A stretch of 58,273 bases of DNA from a virus. Its lineage: Duplodnaviria; Caudoviricetes. How positions within the stretch are numbered: the stretch's first letter is position 1; every line of letters begins with the position of its first letter. Of this stretch, positions 7,968 to 18,013 are shown in pieces. The notes below the pieces were generated by a model. It had not been told where the DNA came from, ran no database searches, and saw only the letters and a program-made list of their open reading frames with translations. The position numbers and the translations under genes are program-made. Where the stretch lies: positions 1 to 58,273 of IMG/VR virus record IMGVR_UViG_3300029309_000040, one strand, 5' to 3'.

Positions 7968-9236
7968 ATGAAATTCTTCTTGTTCCGTAGAGAGGCTGTC
8001 ACTCCCTTCAGCACTGCAAAATCTAACACTGGGGATGGGCTTTCAGTGTTTGGGGTACCAGCAGAAAACCTGTCTCACATGACCGCCGAGAAGGGGAAGG
8101 TAAACTTCATATTCAAAGACGCAGGCGTATATGAGCACAGCAACTTGACCTCAAGAGAAGCGATAGAGCGCACTAAGGTTGCAGTGGCTTGTGAGGAAGG
8201 TCAAGAGTTTGAGTTCATGCGTAATGTCATGGAGTTCATAGGTTCCGATAGCAAAAAGAATGTCATGGTATTCGATACCGTGAGTGGGTTCTCTACCATC
8301 TCTCAAGCTAAAGTTTCAGATAAAACTGAAGTCAGTGCAGTGGTCCCCGCCCTCCCCGTTATCATGTCTACGCAGGCAATCAGCAATGACCCTGCATCTT
8401 CTGACTTGACGCAGACCACAACCACCACGATTGCCGACATCACGTTCCCCGCCCCGTCTTTGATGCCGATCATCGACTACAACGAAGCTGGACTAGCGGG
8501 ACTGAGCCTTAACGACCAAGTGGGGGCGGCAAACACTTGGGCCAACGCTGGTACTGGCGGCACTACATTCGACATCACGAACGACACAGGCACTCCAGAT
8601 GTACAGAGGAACAACGGGATTATGGGGAGTAATGACCTTGCTGTGCAGTTTGCCACCTCGGAAGATTTGCATTTGGCTAATACTTTGGAAGTAGAGGGGG
8701 CGTACACAGCATATGCAGTTGTTGGGACGACGGGTCCATATTCTGTGTTTGCAGGGAGTCTGTTTGCACACAACTCACTCGGCACTAACATTGGTTTTTC
8801 GGGGGCCGTAGGAGAATCGCCTGATGAGTTTTACGTAAATCATGCTATAGGGTCTTTGTATCCACAAGCCTTTGTCAACACCAACAACACCGCCGACGGG
8901 ACAGTTTCATACAGAATCCCCGACCCACTTTTAGATCGCCCTGAGGTCAACACAAGTTTGTTTGACGGTCAGCAGACATACGTTTTTGTTTTGCGTAGAG
9001 ACAAAGAGAACAACCTTTACTTACACAATCACCTTGGTGATATAGTGGGATTCATACCAAAGCAAGAAGAGGTGGGTATTGGCCGCACTAGCGGTATTCT
9101 TTCTGTAAACCGCATTGGTGGCGGGGCCTTCAGGCATAACATCCCTAGGATTGGGATAATTACTGAAGATATTGGGGCGGTATTTGCGGCAAAGCTTGCT
9201 AAGGACTTGTTCGAAAAGTACAAGTTCTCAGTTTGA
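7968..9236 (+). CDS. Putative virion protein with C-terminal lectin/LamG-like beta domain
   Basis: TWANAGTGG and YVFVLRRD...LYLHN beta-sandwich-like pattern; structural region. Confidence 0.45.
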   Translation: MKFFLFRREAVTPFSTAKSNTGDGLSVFGVPAENLSHMTAEKGKVNFIFKDAGVYEHSNLTSREAIERTKVAVACEEGQEFEFMRNVMEFIGSDSKKNVMVFDTVSGFSTISQAKVSDKTEVSAVVPALPVIMSTQAISNDPASSDLTQTTTTTIADITFPAPSLMPIIDYNEAGLAGLSLNDQVGAANTWANAGTGGTTFDITNDTGTPDVQRNNGIMGSNDLAVQFATSEDLHLANTLEVEGAYTAYAVVGTTGPYSVFAGSLFAHNSLGTNIGFSGAVGESPDEFYVNHAIGSLYPQAFVNTNNTADGTVSYRIPDPLLDRPEVNTSLFDGQQTYVFVLRRDKENNLYLHNHLGDIVGFIPKQEEVGIGRTSGILSVNRIGGGAFRHNIPRIGIITEDIGAVFAAKLAKDLFEKYKFSV

Positions 9237-9267
9237 TTATATTTGATAAAGTTTAATTCAATACATT

Positions 9268-10107
9268 ATGACTGAAACAAAGCGTAGCCCTGGTCGGCCT
9301 AAAAAGACCTTGTCCGATGCGACCAACAAAGTCGCCCCCCCAACTAAAACGACGCGAAGGAAGCCCACTGTAGTGCGCCGAGAGAAAGAGGTTTTGCGAC
9401 ACGCCGAATACGAGATTGTGAAAAACGGCGGTGTGGCAACCATGCTCCCGCAAAAAGGAGTGACGGTGTACGACGAGGAGCAAGATACAGTTCGTGAAAT
9501 ACGTTATTGTCCTAACGAGCCCAGCATCTGGGCCGATGAGCAAGGGGATAAAGCAAGGAAAGAGGCTGTTGTTTTTCGAGATGGCAAGTTGTTTGTAGCT
9601 CGTGATAAGCCGAACCTGCGTAAGTTTATTGATATCCACCCTATGAACGTGGCTAACGGAGGCAACCTCTTCCGTCAGATCGACAAGAAGCGTGACGCAG
9701 AGAAAGAGCTCGAGCAAGAGTTCCTGCTCAACGACGCCATCTCTATGGTTCGCGACAAAAGCATCGAAGAGCTGCTCCCTGTAGCTCTGTTCTTCGGGTT
9801 CAATGTCAACTCCCCCACTAGCGAAATCCGTTTTAACCTGCTCAACGTAGCCAAGAAGAAGCCAGCGGAGTTTATACAGTCCTTCGATAACCCTCAGGTG
9901 CAAGCACGGTCTATCGTCAAGCAAGCTGGTGACTACCAGTTCATCAACTTAAAGAAAGACGGGGTGTACTGGTTCGATAGCAACTCGCTCATCGTCTCGG
10001 TTCCTGTGGGTCAGGACCCTTTGGATGTAATGACGCGATTCTGCCTCACAGAGAAAGGGGCTTCGGTACTCAGCAACCTAGAGGATAAGCTCTCTAGGCT
10101 AGGTTAA
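9268..10107 (+). CDS. Hypothetical phage protein with N-terminal AT-hook-like motif
   Basis: KRSPGRPKK; TATATTTG box at 9238-9245. Confidence 0.7.
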   Translation: MTETKRSPGRPKKTLSDATNKVAPPTKTTRRKPTVVRREKEVLRHAEYEIVKNGGVATMLPQKGVTVYDEEQDTVREIRYCPNEPSIWADEQGDKARKEAVVFRDGKLFVARDKPNLRKFIDIHPMNVANGGNLFRQIDKKRDAEKELEQEFLLNDAISMVRDKSIEELLPVALFFGFNVNSPTSEIRFNLLNVAKKKPAEFIQSFDNPQVQARSIVKQAGDYQFINLKKDGVYWFDSNSLIVSVPVGQDPLDVMTRFCLTEKGASVLSNLEDKLSRLG

Positions 10108-10120
10108 GCGCCTGGTATAC

Positions 10121-10157
10121 AGAAGAGAAGGCCGCCTAGAGCGGTCTTTTCTTTTTT
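10121..10157 (+). terminator. Intrinsic terminator overlapping the next -7 box (10157-10164)
   Basis: AGAAGAGAAGGCCGC-CTAGA-GCGGTCTTTTCTTTTTT then TATATTTG. Confidence 0.8.
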
Positions 10158-10169
10158 ATATTTGTAATT

Positions 10170-10937
10170 ATGATTAGCGTACAGAGGGTATACGAGGTCG
10201 TGAGGGACATCTGTAACAAAGACCAGAAAGGCTTTGTGACCCCAAACGTATTCAACACGTTGGCTCGTATGGCACAGCAGAACATCTATAACGAGATGTT
10301 CAATGAGCTAAAAATAGCCAACGCACTCCGAGCTTCAGGTAGAGATGCAGGTAGAGATAAGTCTGCGTACAAGATGGTGGAGGAGGACCTGTCTACGTTC
10401 ATCAGGACGAGAAACGTACAGATAGATTCTTTAGTGTCTGAAGACCTAGTGTTGAATGGGGAGGACGGGGCTTTTATTTTCCGTCGCCCAGAGGACTTCA
10501 CGCGCCTCATCGCTATGAACGTAATCGATACAGACACTTCTGTGGAGCTGATTTTCGATAACGAAAAGGCATCGAGGATATTGAACAGCAACCTCTCTGC
10601 CCCCACTGAGGAGTTCCCTGTAGTGCTAGAGATGACCGATGTATTCCAAGTCTTCCCCTCTACTGTAGATGGTGTGAGCATGAGGTACTACAGGCAGCCT
10701 AGGTCGAGGATTATCAGTACAGGCTTAGTAGATTTCAGTGCCCACCCCACGTACTCCACTTTAGAGATAGACCAGGCTACTGGCTTTACGCTTTTCAATG
10801 AGTTCGATTCTCGCAACTTCGATTTGCCTGAGCACTACATCAACGAGGTGGTGTCAGAGATAGTGAAGATGACTGGGGTGCGGCTGAGGGATACAACACT
10901 GGCGGCCTATGGGTTGCAACAAACGCAAGCTGAATAA
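10170..10937 (+). CDS. Tail ring / head-tail adaptor protein
   Basis: NKDQKGFVTPNVFN, YYRQP and FDLPEH motifs resemble crAss-related ring proteins; position before the stabilization gene. Confidence 0.6.
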   Translation: MISVQRVYEVVRDICNKDQKGFVTPNVFNTLARMAQQNIYNEMFNELKIANALRASGRDAGRDKSAYKMVEEDLSTFIRTRNVQIDSLVSEDLVLNGEDGAFIFRRPEDFTRLIAMNVIDTDTSVELIFDNEKASRILNSNLSAPTEEFPVVLEMTDVFQVFPSTVDGVSMRYYRQPRSRIISTGLVDFSAHPTYSTLEIDQATGFTLFNEFDSRNFDLPEHYINEVVSEIVKMTGVRLRDTTLAAYGLQQTQAE

Positions 10938-11776
10938 TGGCAGTTGAAGACGGACAAAACTTTGTTACGCTGCGGCAGGTGGTCGATGACTTTATCATCA
11001 CCATGGACAGCGACGACTACATCAGCAACGTCAACGACGCAGCTATCAGGAACATCGCTTTGCGCGGCATCCGAGAGTTTGGTTTCGATGTCAGCTCCCG
11101 CGTGCGGTCTTTGAAGCGCACTGTAGGGAGCAACAATACAGTTACTCTCCCTGACGACTATGTCGATATGGTCAAGCTCGGTGTCGTGGGGGATGACGGG
11201 GTGCTCCACGTACTTGGGCAGAACAAAAACATCAACTACTCTCAAAAAATAAAGTCCCCTGAAAGCACAGCCGACTTTAACAACGGGCCACGGAACATCT
11301 TTGAAAATCAAATTTTAGACCGAGAGGACAGCAAGACGGGGACTGCAGGGAACGATAGCAACACTAACGACTACGACTACTACGTCTTCCAAAACTACCT
11401 GTACCAAGGTGGGTTGGGGAGGCTGTACGGTGTCGGGGGGGCTCACCTGCGTGGGGAGTACCGCATCAACCTAGACCAGAACAGAATCGAGATAGATACT
11501 GAATCTGGGGTGAGCGAAGTCGTGATCGAGTACATCGCTGACGAGGCCCGATCTACAAACCCTGTCATCCACGTGTATGTAGAGGAGGCGCTTCGGTGCT
11601 TCATGTACTACAAGCTGTGTGAGCGCAAGTCTACTGTCCCCGCAAATGAAAAGATGCGAGCTCGAGCAGAGTACTACAACGAGCGCCGCAAGGCTAAGGC
11701 ACGGCTAGGCAACTTCACTAAGGACGAGGCACTGAAGACCATCCGTAAGAACTTCAAGCAGGCTCCGAAGTACTAA
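10937..11776 (+). CDS. Tail tubular/ring protein
   Basis: VTLPDDYVDMVK, VVIEYIAD and EEALRCFMYY motifs typical of podovirus tail tubular A-like proteins. Confidence 0.65.
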   Translation: MAVEDGQNFVTLRQVVDDFIITMDSDDYISNVNDAAIRNIALRGIREFGFDVSSRVRSLKRTVGSNNTVTLPDDYVDMVKLGVVGDDGVLHVLGQNKNINYSQKIKSPESTADFNNGPRNIFENQILDREDSKTGTAGNDSNTNDYDYYVFQNYLYQGGLGRLYGVGGAHLRGEYRINLDQNRIEIDTESGVSEVVIEYIADEARSTNPVIHVYVEEALRCFMYYKLCERKSTVPANEKMRARAEYYNERRKAKARLGNFTKDEALKTIRKNFKQAPKY

Positions 11777-14700
11777 TGATTGAGAAGCTACTCCCAAGGG
11801 TCTTGAACTCTTCTAGCGATAACCGCATGAAGAAGAAGACCGAGATGAACGACGCCTATAACGTCGTGGTTACCGAGGACTTCAACGACTATGACGAAGC
11901 CACCGATACAGGGAACGAAGGGGTGCTTAAGCCCGTCAAGGGTAACGTAGCTCAAGATAGATTCCCGCTAGGTTTGTTCTCTACAGATGTAGACCGCAGG
12001 GCATTGGGGAGTGTATCCGATGCTCGGACGGGGGTGGTGTACTTCTTTGTCTTCTCGGAGAACGCACAGGAGATGGGGGTGTACGCTTACGACACCACCA
12101 ACTACTTCGGTAACGGGGAGTACGTATACACAGACGTCTACACCACTTCAGAGTTCAACTTCCAGCAAGATTCTGTTGTGCAAGGGGACATCGTTCACGT
12201 CTCTGGTGAGGCGGGGGAGTTCCGTCCTGTACTGTACTTCACTGACAACGTCAATGAGCCGAGGAAGCTAGACATCTTGCGTGCTATTGCAGGGTTGGGG
12301 TATGTAGAGAACAGCATCCACGAGAAGGACTTGATTACTGCGTGCCCCAAGGCGCCTTTGCACCCAGCTACGTTTGAGTTCTTACAGGCTTCAGACAGGC
12401 CCATCAGTGACTTCCGTCGCATCCCTGGGTTTCAGTTTGCATATCAGTGCATCTACGCTAGTGGAGAGGAGTCGGCACTGTCTACATACTCTGACATCGC
12501 CGTCCCCCCAGCTTATCTAAACCAAGGTAGCTCTGCCTCTGCTAGTCTCAACTTAGACAACCTGTGTAGGGTGACTGTACCAGAGACGGTTGATGGGGTA
12601 GACAACTTCACGAGAGAGATAGAAAAGATTAGGCTCTTGGTTCGCAGAGGCAACACTGGGGCATTCTTCGTTGTCGACGAAATAGAGCGTGAAACAGACG
12701 GGACTTTCTCCCCATTCGACTTCTACAACGACAGCGTTCTCACAGGTATTACCACGGAAGAGGAGCAGAAACAGTTTGACAGCCTCCCTAAAGTTGCTCA
12801 AGCGCTTTCTGTAGTAGAGAACAGGCTGTTCTATGGGAACTATATCGAAGGCTTTGATGAGCCCGAAGTAGTAGGGACTCTGACCGTAAACTATGCAGAT
12901 CGCCCTCAAAGTTTCTTTGATGTAGACATCGAAGTCACCCCAAAGATTCTCCCGAAAGCCCCGCTTTCTGATTTGAATCCAACAAAGCTCACCCCCACCA
13001 CTCTATCTAATAGAACAGCGGGGTACCAAATCAACACCAGTGGACTTGACAACAGCATGCCTGTAGGTACTGTTGTGACTTTCTCTCTACAGATTAATCC
13101 TGGAGGGAACTTTGAGTTCTACGACGCAACAAAGTCTTATCACTCTAGCAGAAGGGTTGGTTTCGCGACCAATAACATTGACGTACCCATGAGCGCTACG
13201 GTTGATTCTAGTGTCTTAGTTATACCGCCAAGCACTATCAACCAAACGCTACCTCTATTTGGTATGAACAAAGGCGTGGGTTCACCAGCACAAGACACGG
13301 TAAGGTGGGTTACTACAGAAGGGGCGGACATCCCTAGCAATGCAAAAGCTATTTACGGGACTTCCGCAGCCAATGCTTTCAAGATTAAGCAGAGCAACTT
13401 AGAGTTTAGCGTTACCCTGCGCACACTAACAGACCTCAGCGATGCCTCTACGCAAGTAAGGGACGCCATATGCGCCGCTTTTGACGAAAGCAAGTCTATA
13501 GACGAAAGTGCATTTGAAGTTATCGCTCTAGAAGATGAGTTCACTTACACCTACAACTTAGGATTTGAAGATCCAGACCCATCTGGAGACCAAGATTTAG
13601 CTGTTCTCTCCAATACCGTTACCTCTGAAACGGGTATGAGTATGGATGACGCTCAACAGAAAGAGACATCCAAGCTGATTGTGGCGGTGGGAAATGACAC
13701 CAATAGCGCTATCAGCGGTGGGACCTCTTTCCCGAATGTCGAGGACATGAAAGCGCCGTGCGGATACTTCATTGTGAATCAAGCCACTGTGCAGTTTCGT
13801 TTGCGACAACTGCAACACCTCACCCAAGGTGGTATAGTAAGCGGCTTTCTTGCCCCTGAAATGTCTAGCCTTAGTGGGGTTGATGTGCGGACGTGTATCC
13901 CTGTATTTGGGAACATGTTTGATGAAGACAATCAAGATGTAGCTAAACGTCCTTTCAAGGTAAACGCATGGAGGGTATTTAGTAAAGAGTACTTGCAGCA
14001 GAATCAGGTCAGTGGGGAGATAGATACAAACATTAATGAGGAGTATACTCAGGGGACCTATCTCTTAAAAGAGACTGGAAATGATAGAGCAGATAGCCAA
14101 AAAAGCAACAGGCAGAGGACACTAGGGTATTTGCATTACGTTGACGAAGAAGATCTGTTCGTTACAAACGCGCAGATACGTGAGGATTTCGACATCCAAG
14201 ACATGGTGGCTGCAGATTCTGTCGGCAGCAGCTTTATGGATGGTGAAGCAGGGCTGAGTCTATCTATAAAAGATCACACCGTTGAACAACAGACAGATTC
14301 AGGTGGCGGATTTGGTGGCGGATCTCCTAGCGCTACCAACAACTTCAATGTGGAGTTTACAGAAGAAGTCCAAGGGAGTGCCCGTGGACCTTACGGTTTT
14401 ATGCAATGCTTCTTTGGGTATGGGGTGCATTTGCAAAACATGGATGAGGGAACGACCCAGAATACCACAGGTAGTGGTTATCCTTGGGGAACAGGTTCAG
14501 ATCCTATCACACTTGATGTGGGTTTTTCTGATGTTATCGACGTCGACTTACCTAGCAACCCTGATTTCACAACAGTAGGATTGTTGGGCCCAGATACCGA
14601 TGGTATTCGTTTCAAAGAAGGGGATGGGGGGCAACAGCTTCTTGAATTGCAAGGGGTAACCAATGCTTTCGCCGACCAATCGGACTTGACTGGTGGCTAT

Positions 14701-17004
14701 CGATCATTCAAAACCTACGCCAACCATGACTTTGGTGTGGTGTACTACGATGAAAGAGGTAGGGCAGGGAATGTCAATCGATTGGGGTCTGTATACGTGC
14801 AAGGCTACAGTGACCAAGAGCGAGAAAACTCCTTGCGAGGCAGGGCCGAAGTGCAAGTAAATTTAACCTCCAATCCACCAGATTGGGCTCACCACTACCA
14901 ATTTGTGTACGCAGGCAACAGCTCTATCAGGAGCTTTATACAGTACACGGCAGGGGGGGCTTTCTTTTCTACCGCTACCGAGGGGGGGCAAGACAACAAC
15001 ATCTATGTGTCTTTGAACTACTTGCAGAGCAACGCAGATGTCTCATACTCTGGGGCTTTCGGTGCTGTTGCCCCTGACGGGACGCAGAATCTGTATGTAT
15101 ACTCTCCTGGTGATACGCTTCGCATAATCTCATACAACACTGACGAGACTACAATTGTATACCCCAACCAGTACTTGTTTGAGGTTGTCGATGTGGTCGA
15201 TTTAGGTTCTAATGTAGATGAAAACCCCCTTCACAATTTAGGTGATGTCCCTGCGGCAAAACAAGGGCAGTTTGTTGTTCTCAAAAACAACTCAAACGCC
15301 ACGAACTTTACGTTCAACGATGTCGTCGGTGGCGATCATGCGTGGGGCAACAGGTGCATATTTGAAATAGCATCGCCTAAGTCTGCTTCCGACCCAGAGG
15401 ATACGGTTTACTACGAAATAGGAGAGGTATACAACGTGGGTAGGAACCCCTCTGGTCAGGTGTACCACCAATCGCAGTCTGTAACGCTACAGAACGGCGA
15501 CGTATGGTGGCGGCGAGTCCCTATCAATGCCGCTGAATTTGACGATGGGGAGTTTTTGAATTTGATTCAAGATGAAGATGAAGATTCAGTTACTGAACCT
15601 AGGTTCCGCAACTACTACTTGGAGAGCAAGACGTTCAACGATACCTTCCCTGGGACAGACGTAAATAACTTCGGGAAGCGGAAGTTTATGAGCACCCTGA
15701 GCAACGAAGTGAGGCGGTTCTCTTCAGTGACTTTCTCTGACCAGAACGACTACAGCACCAAGAGGCTGAGGTTTACTTCGTTCAATGCTTTCAACGCCCC
15801 GTTCAAAGACCTACCTAACGAACACGGGAATATCAATACCCTGCTCAACTTCTCTGACGCCCTGTTTGTGGTGCAAGAGAACAAAGCCAGCGCCATCCCT
15901 GTATCTCGCACGGTATTGTCCGATGCCTTGGGTCAAGACACTTTAATCGGTTCTGATAAAATCCTTGGGGAGCAGCGGTTCTACGCTGGGCAGTACGGTA
16001 GTGACAACAACCCAGAGTCTGTGCTGCGTGTAGACAACAACATCTACTTTGCACACAAGTCTCGCGGGGAGGTATATAAGTTCAACCCCTCTAACGGTAT
16101 ACAGGTCATCTCTCAGAAAGGGATGAACAGCTTCTTCCGCGATGCTTTTCAAGACAGCATCAATCAAGGGGGACAGATCCGCGTAGTCAGCGGCTATGAC
16201 CCTCTGAAAGACGAGTACTTGATTTCGATTTTGAATGTAGAGGACTTGGTGCAGCCTGCCGTAGCACAGTATACGCAGCCTGACGTAGACGTGATTGGAG
16301 ACTCTGTCACCCCCGTGGGGGAGGAAACAGAAGATGATGGTGGCATCCTCGATGACACTGGCGACCCCATCCCTGATGACAGTGGCGATGTGGCCCTTTC
16401 CCCATACAGCTTTACGTTTGACTTCTCTTTTACCCCAGACACGGGGCTTGATGGGGATGACTACATGCATTCTGATGGAGACGGTCAAGGGTATGAAAAT
16501 GACGTATTAACTAACTCCCCTTCATACAATCAAACTGTAAATGCAAGAGATAAAGTAGCTAAATGGACTAAACTTGACGGGGTCAACTGGGGTAACGTTG
16601 CGTTTGCTGCCACGAAGACTTCTTACTTCGCAGACTACCCGCAGTTTGCTCAGAAAACTGGACGCATTACGTCTTGGCCCGAAAACTGGTTGGAATACTC
16701 TACTTACAGGTTGACGTTTGACATATACTTTTCTGGTGTTAACGCCACTGATTGGATTAGAATTGCTTTTGGGGTGGGCATAAATCCACTACAAGAAACT
16801 GATGCCCCAGTGGTAGAGAACGAATGGTTGAGCTACGATACAGGGGAGCAAGATGTGTCTCTTTTAGATCCAGAAAGGGAGCTAATTGCTATCCGATTCG
16901 AATCTGTTCTAGGCTCTAATTACTCGAACCTCTCTGAATCTTTGGGGTTTGCTGACGGAGGGTTTGTAGCTCTGGACAACGTAACCCTCACTTTCACCCC
17001 ATAA
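11776..17004 (+). CDS. Tail stabilization (muzzle) protein
   Basis: LYFTDNVNEPRKL, FQFAYQ, NRLFYGNYIEG, RSFKT...FGVVYYDERGR and YGSDNNPES motifs; 1742 aa. Confidence 0.75.
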   Translation: MIEKLLPRVLNSSSDNRMKKKTEMNDAYNVVVTEDFNDYDEATDTGNEGVLKPVKGNVAQDRFPLGLFSTDVDRRALGSVSDARTGVVYFFVFSENAQEMGVYAYDTTNYFGNGEYVYTDVYTTSEFNFQQDSVVQGDIVHVSGEAGEFRPVLYFTDNVNEPRKLDILRAIAGLGYVENSIHEKDLITACPKAPLHPATFEFLQASDRPISDFRRIPGFQFAYQCIYASGEESALSTYSDIAVPPAYLNQGSSASASLNLDNLCRVTVPETVDGVDNFTREIEKIRLLVRRGNTGAFFVVDEIERETDGTFSPFDFYNDSVLTGITTEEEQKQFDSLPKVAQALSVVENRLFYGNYIEGFDEPEVVGTLTVNYADRPQSFFDVDIEVTPKILPKAPLSDLNPTKLTPTTLSNRTAGYQINTSGLDNSMPVGTVVTFSLQINPGGNFEFYDATKSYHSSRRVGFATNNIDVPMSATVDSSVLVIPPSTINQTLPLFGMNKGVGSPAQDTVRWVTTEGADIPSNAKAIYGTSAANAFKIKQSNLEFSVTLRTLTDLSDASTQVRDAICAAFDESKSIDESAFEVIALEDEFTYTYNLGFEDPDPSGDQDLAVLSNTVTSETGMSMDDAQQKETSKLIVAVGNDTNSAISGGTSFPNVEDMKAPCGYFIVNQATVQFRLRQLQHLTQGGIVSGFLAPEMSSLSGVDVRTCIPVFGNMFDEDNQDVAKRPFKVNAWRVFSKEYLQQNQVSGEIDTNINEEYTQGTYLLKETGNDRADSQKSNRQRTLGYLHYVDEEDLFVTNAQIREDFDIQDMVAADSVGSSFMDGEAGLSLSIKDHTVEQQTDSGGGFGGGSPSATNNFNVEFTEEVQGSARGPYGFMQCFFGYGVHLQNMDEGTTQNTTGSGYPWGTGSDPITLDVGFSDVIDVDLPSNPDFTTVGLLGPDTDGIRFKEGDGGQQLLELQGVTNAFADQSDLTGGYRSFKTYANHDFGVVYYDERGRAGNVNRLGSVYVQGYSDQERENSLRGRAEVQVNLTSNPPDWAHHYQFVYAGNSSIRSFIQYTAGGAFFSTATEGGQDNNIYVSLNYLQSNADVSYSGAFGAVAPDGTQNLYVYSPGDTLRIISYNTDETTIVYPNQYLFEVVDVVDLGSNVDENPLHNLGDVPAAKQGQFVVLKNNSNATNFTFNDVVGGDHAWGNRCIFEIASPKSASDPEDTVYYEIGEVYNVGRNPSGQVYHQSQSVTLQNGDVWWRRVPINAAEFDDGEFLNLIQDEDEDSVTEPRFRNYYLESKTFNDTFPGTDVNNFGKRKFMSTLSNEVRRFSSVTFSDQNDYSTKRLRFTSFNAFNAPFKDLPNEHGNINTLLNFSDALFVVQENKASAIPVSRTVLSDALGQDTLIGSDKILGEQRFYAGQYGSDNNPESVLRVDNNIYFAHKSRGEVYKFNPSNGIQVISQKGMNSFFRDAFQDSINQGGQIRVVSGYDPLKDEYLISILNVEDLVQPAVAQYTQPDVDVIGDSVTPVGEETEDDGGILDDTGDPIPDDSGDVALSPYSFTFDFSFTPDTGLDGDDYMHSDGDGQGYENDVLTNSPSYNQTVNARDKVAKWTKLDGVNWGNVAFAATKTSYFADYPQFAQKTGRITSWPENWLEYSTYRLTFDIYFSGVNATDWIRIAFGVGINPLQETDAPVVENEWLSYDTGEQDVSLLDPERELIAIRFESVLGSNYSNLSESLGFADGGFVALDNVTLTFTP

Positions 17005-17005
17005 G

Positions 17006-17992
17006 ATGCCAGATAAGACAATAGCATACTCAAACCGAGGGGGGTTCTGGAAGACTAGGTATACGTTCTTCTCTTCTTGCTACGCCTTTGTAGACCGCTG
17101 CTTTATTTCTTTCGCTAAGTCTTTCATCAGCGATGCGGTATGGAAGCACGATGAGAACGAGACGCGCACTTCTTTCTACGGAGGGGCGCCTTCAGGGAGC
17201 GGGGTTTCGGTTACGTTCAATGAGAACCCTTCGCAGAACAAAGTGTACAAGGCTTTCTCTTTAGAGAGCACGAACAACGTCACTGGGGACAGCACCTTTA
17301 CAGTGAACAACAGTTCTGTACCTGCACAGACAAAAGAAGTGCAGGCTGCCCCACTGGTAGAGCGCGGTGGGATTATGTACGGTCACATAGGCATGGAGAC
17401 TAGGTCTTCTGGTAGCAACGTCAGGTTGGTGGGGAGAATCGTAAGGGTTGATAACGATACCTTCTCAGGCGTGTTTCAGCCTACATCAATTGAAACTGCC
17501 GTTTACCAAGTTGAGTTTGCTGAAGGTGGTAAGAGCAACCTCTCTAAGCTTTTATTTACCACGCTGCCAGATAGTGTTGGTAGCACCAAGTTCTTTATCT
17601 ACAACAACTCCCCTGCAGGAAATCAAGCGCAGTACTTCACTATCAACAGTGCTACGGCTATAGACCCCTCTCTAGACTACGACGAATTCCCTAGCGACCT
17701 CATCCTTTCTAACAACGCTGAAACAAACACCACTGAAGACAGCATCTTCTTGACTGCTACTTTCAGTGAAGAGCAACAGTACCTCACTTATTTAGAAGAG
17801 ACGGCTACAGCAGGGGAGGATATATACAGCAGTGGGGAGTTCTTGTTGTTTAGTATCACACCAGAATCGATTAATGGGGAGTCACCGAAAGGGCAAACTG
17901 CGGATGCAGTCATCAACCTTGGGAGCGCCCCATATGAGCTGTATGCCTTGAATGTAGAGTACTCTCCGACCGACCTCGATCACAGCAAGTAA
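17006..17992 (+). CDS. Tail protein resembling a split C-terminal part of the stabilization protein
   Basis: TIAYS...WKTRYTF, FYG and FNENPSQNKVYKAFSLES. Confidence 0.55.
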   Translation: MPDKTIAYSNRGGFWKTRYTFFSSCYAFVDRCFISFAKSFISDAVWKHDENETRTSFYGGAPSGSGVSVTFNENPSQNKVYKAFSLESTNNVTGDSTFTVNNSSVPAQTKEVQAAPLVERGGIMYGHIGMETRSSGSNVRLVGRIVRVDNDTFSGVFQPTSIETAVYQVEFAEGGKSNLSKLLFTTLPDSVGSTKFFIYNNSPAGNQAQYFTINSATAIDPSLDYDEFPSDLILSNNAETNTTEDSIFLTATFSEEQQYLTYLEETATAGEDIYSSGEFLLFSITPESINGESPKGQTADAVINLGSAPYELYALNVEYSPTDLDHSK

Positions 17993-18013
17993 CTTATTTT
18001 GTATTTTTGAATT

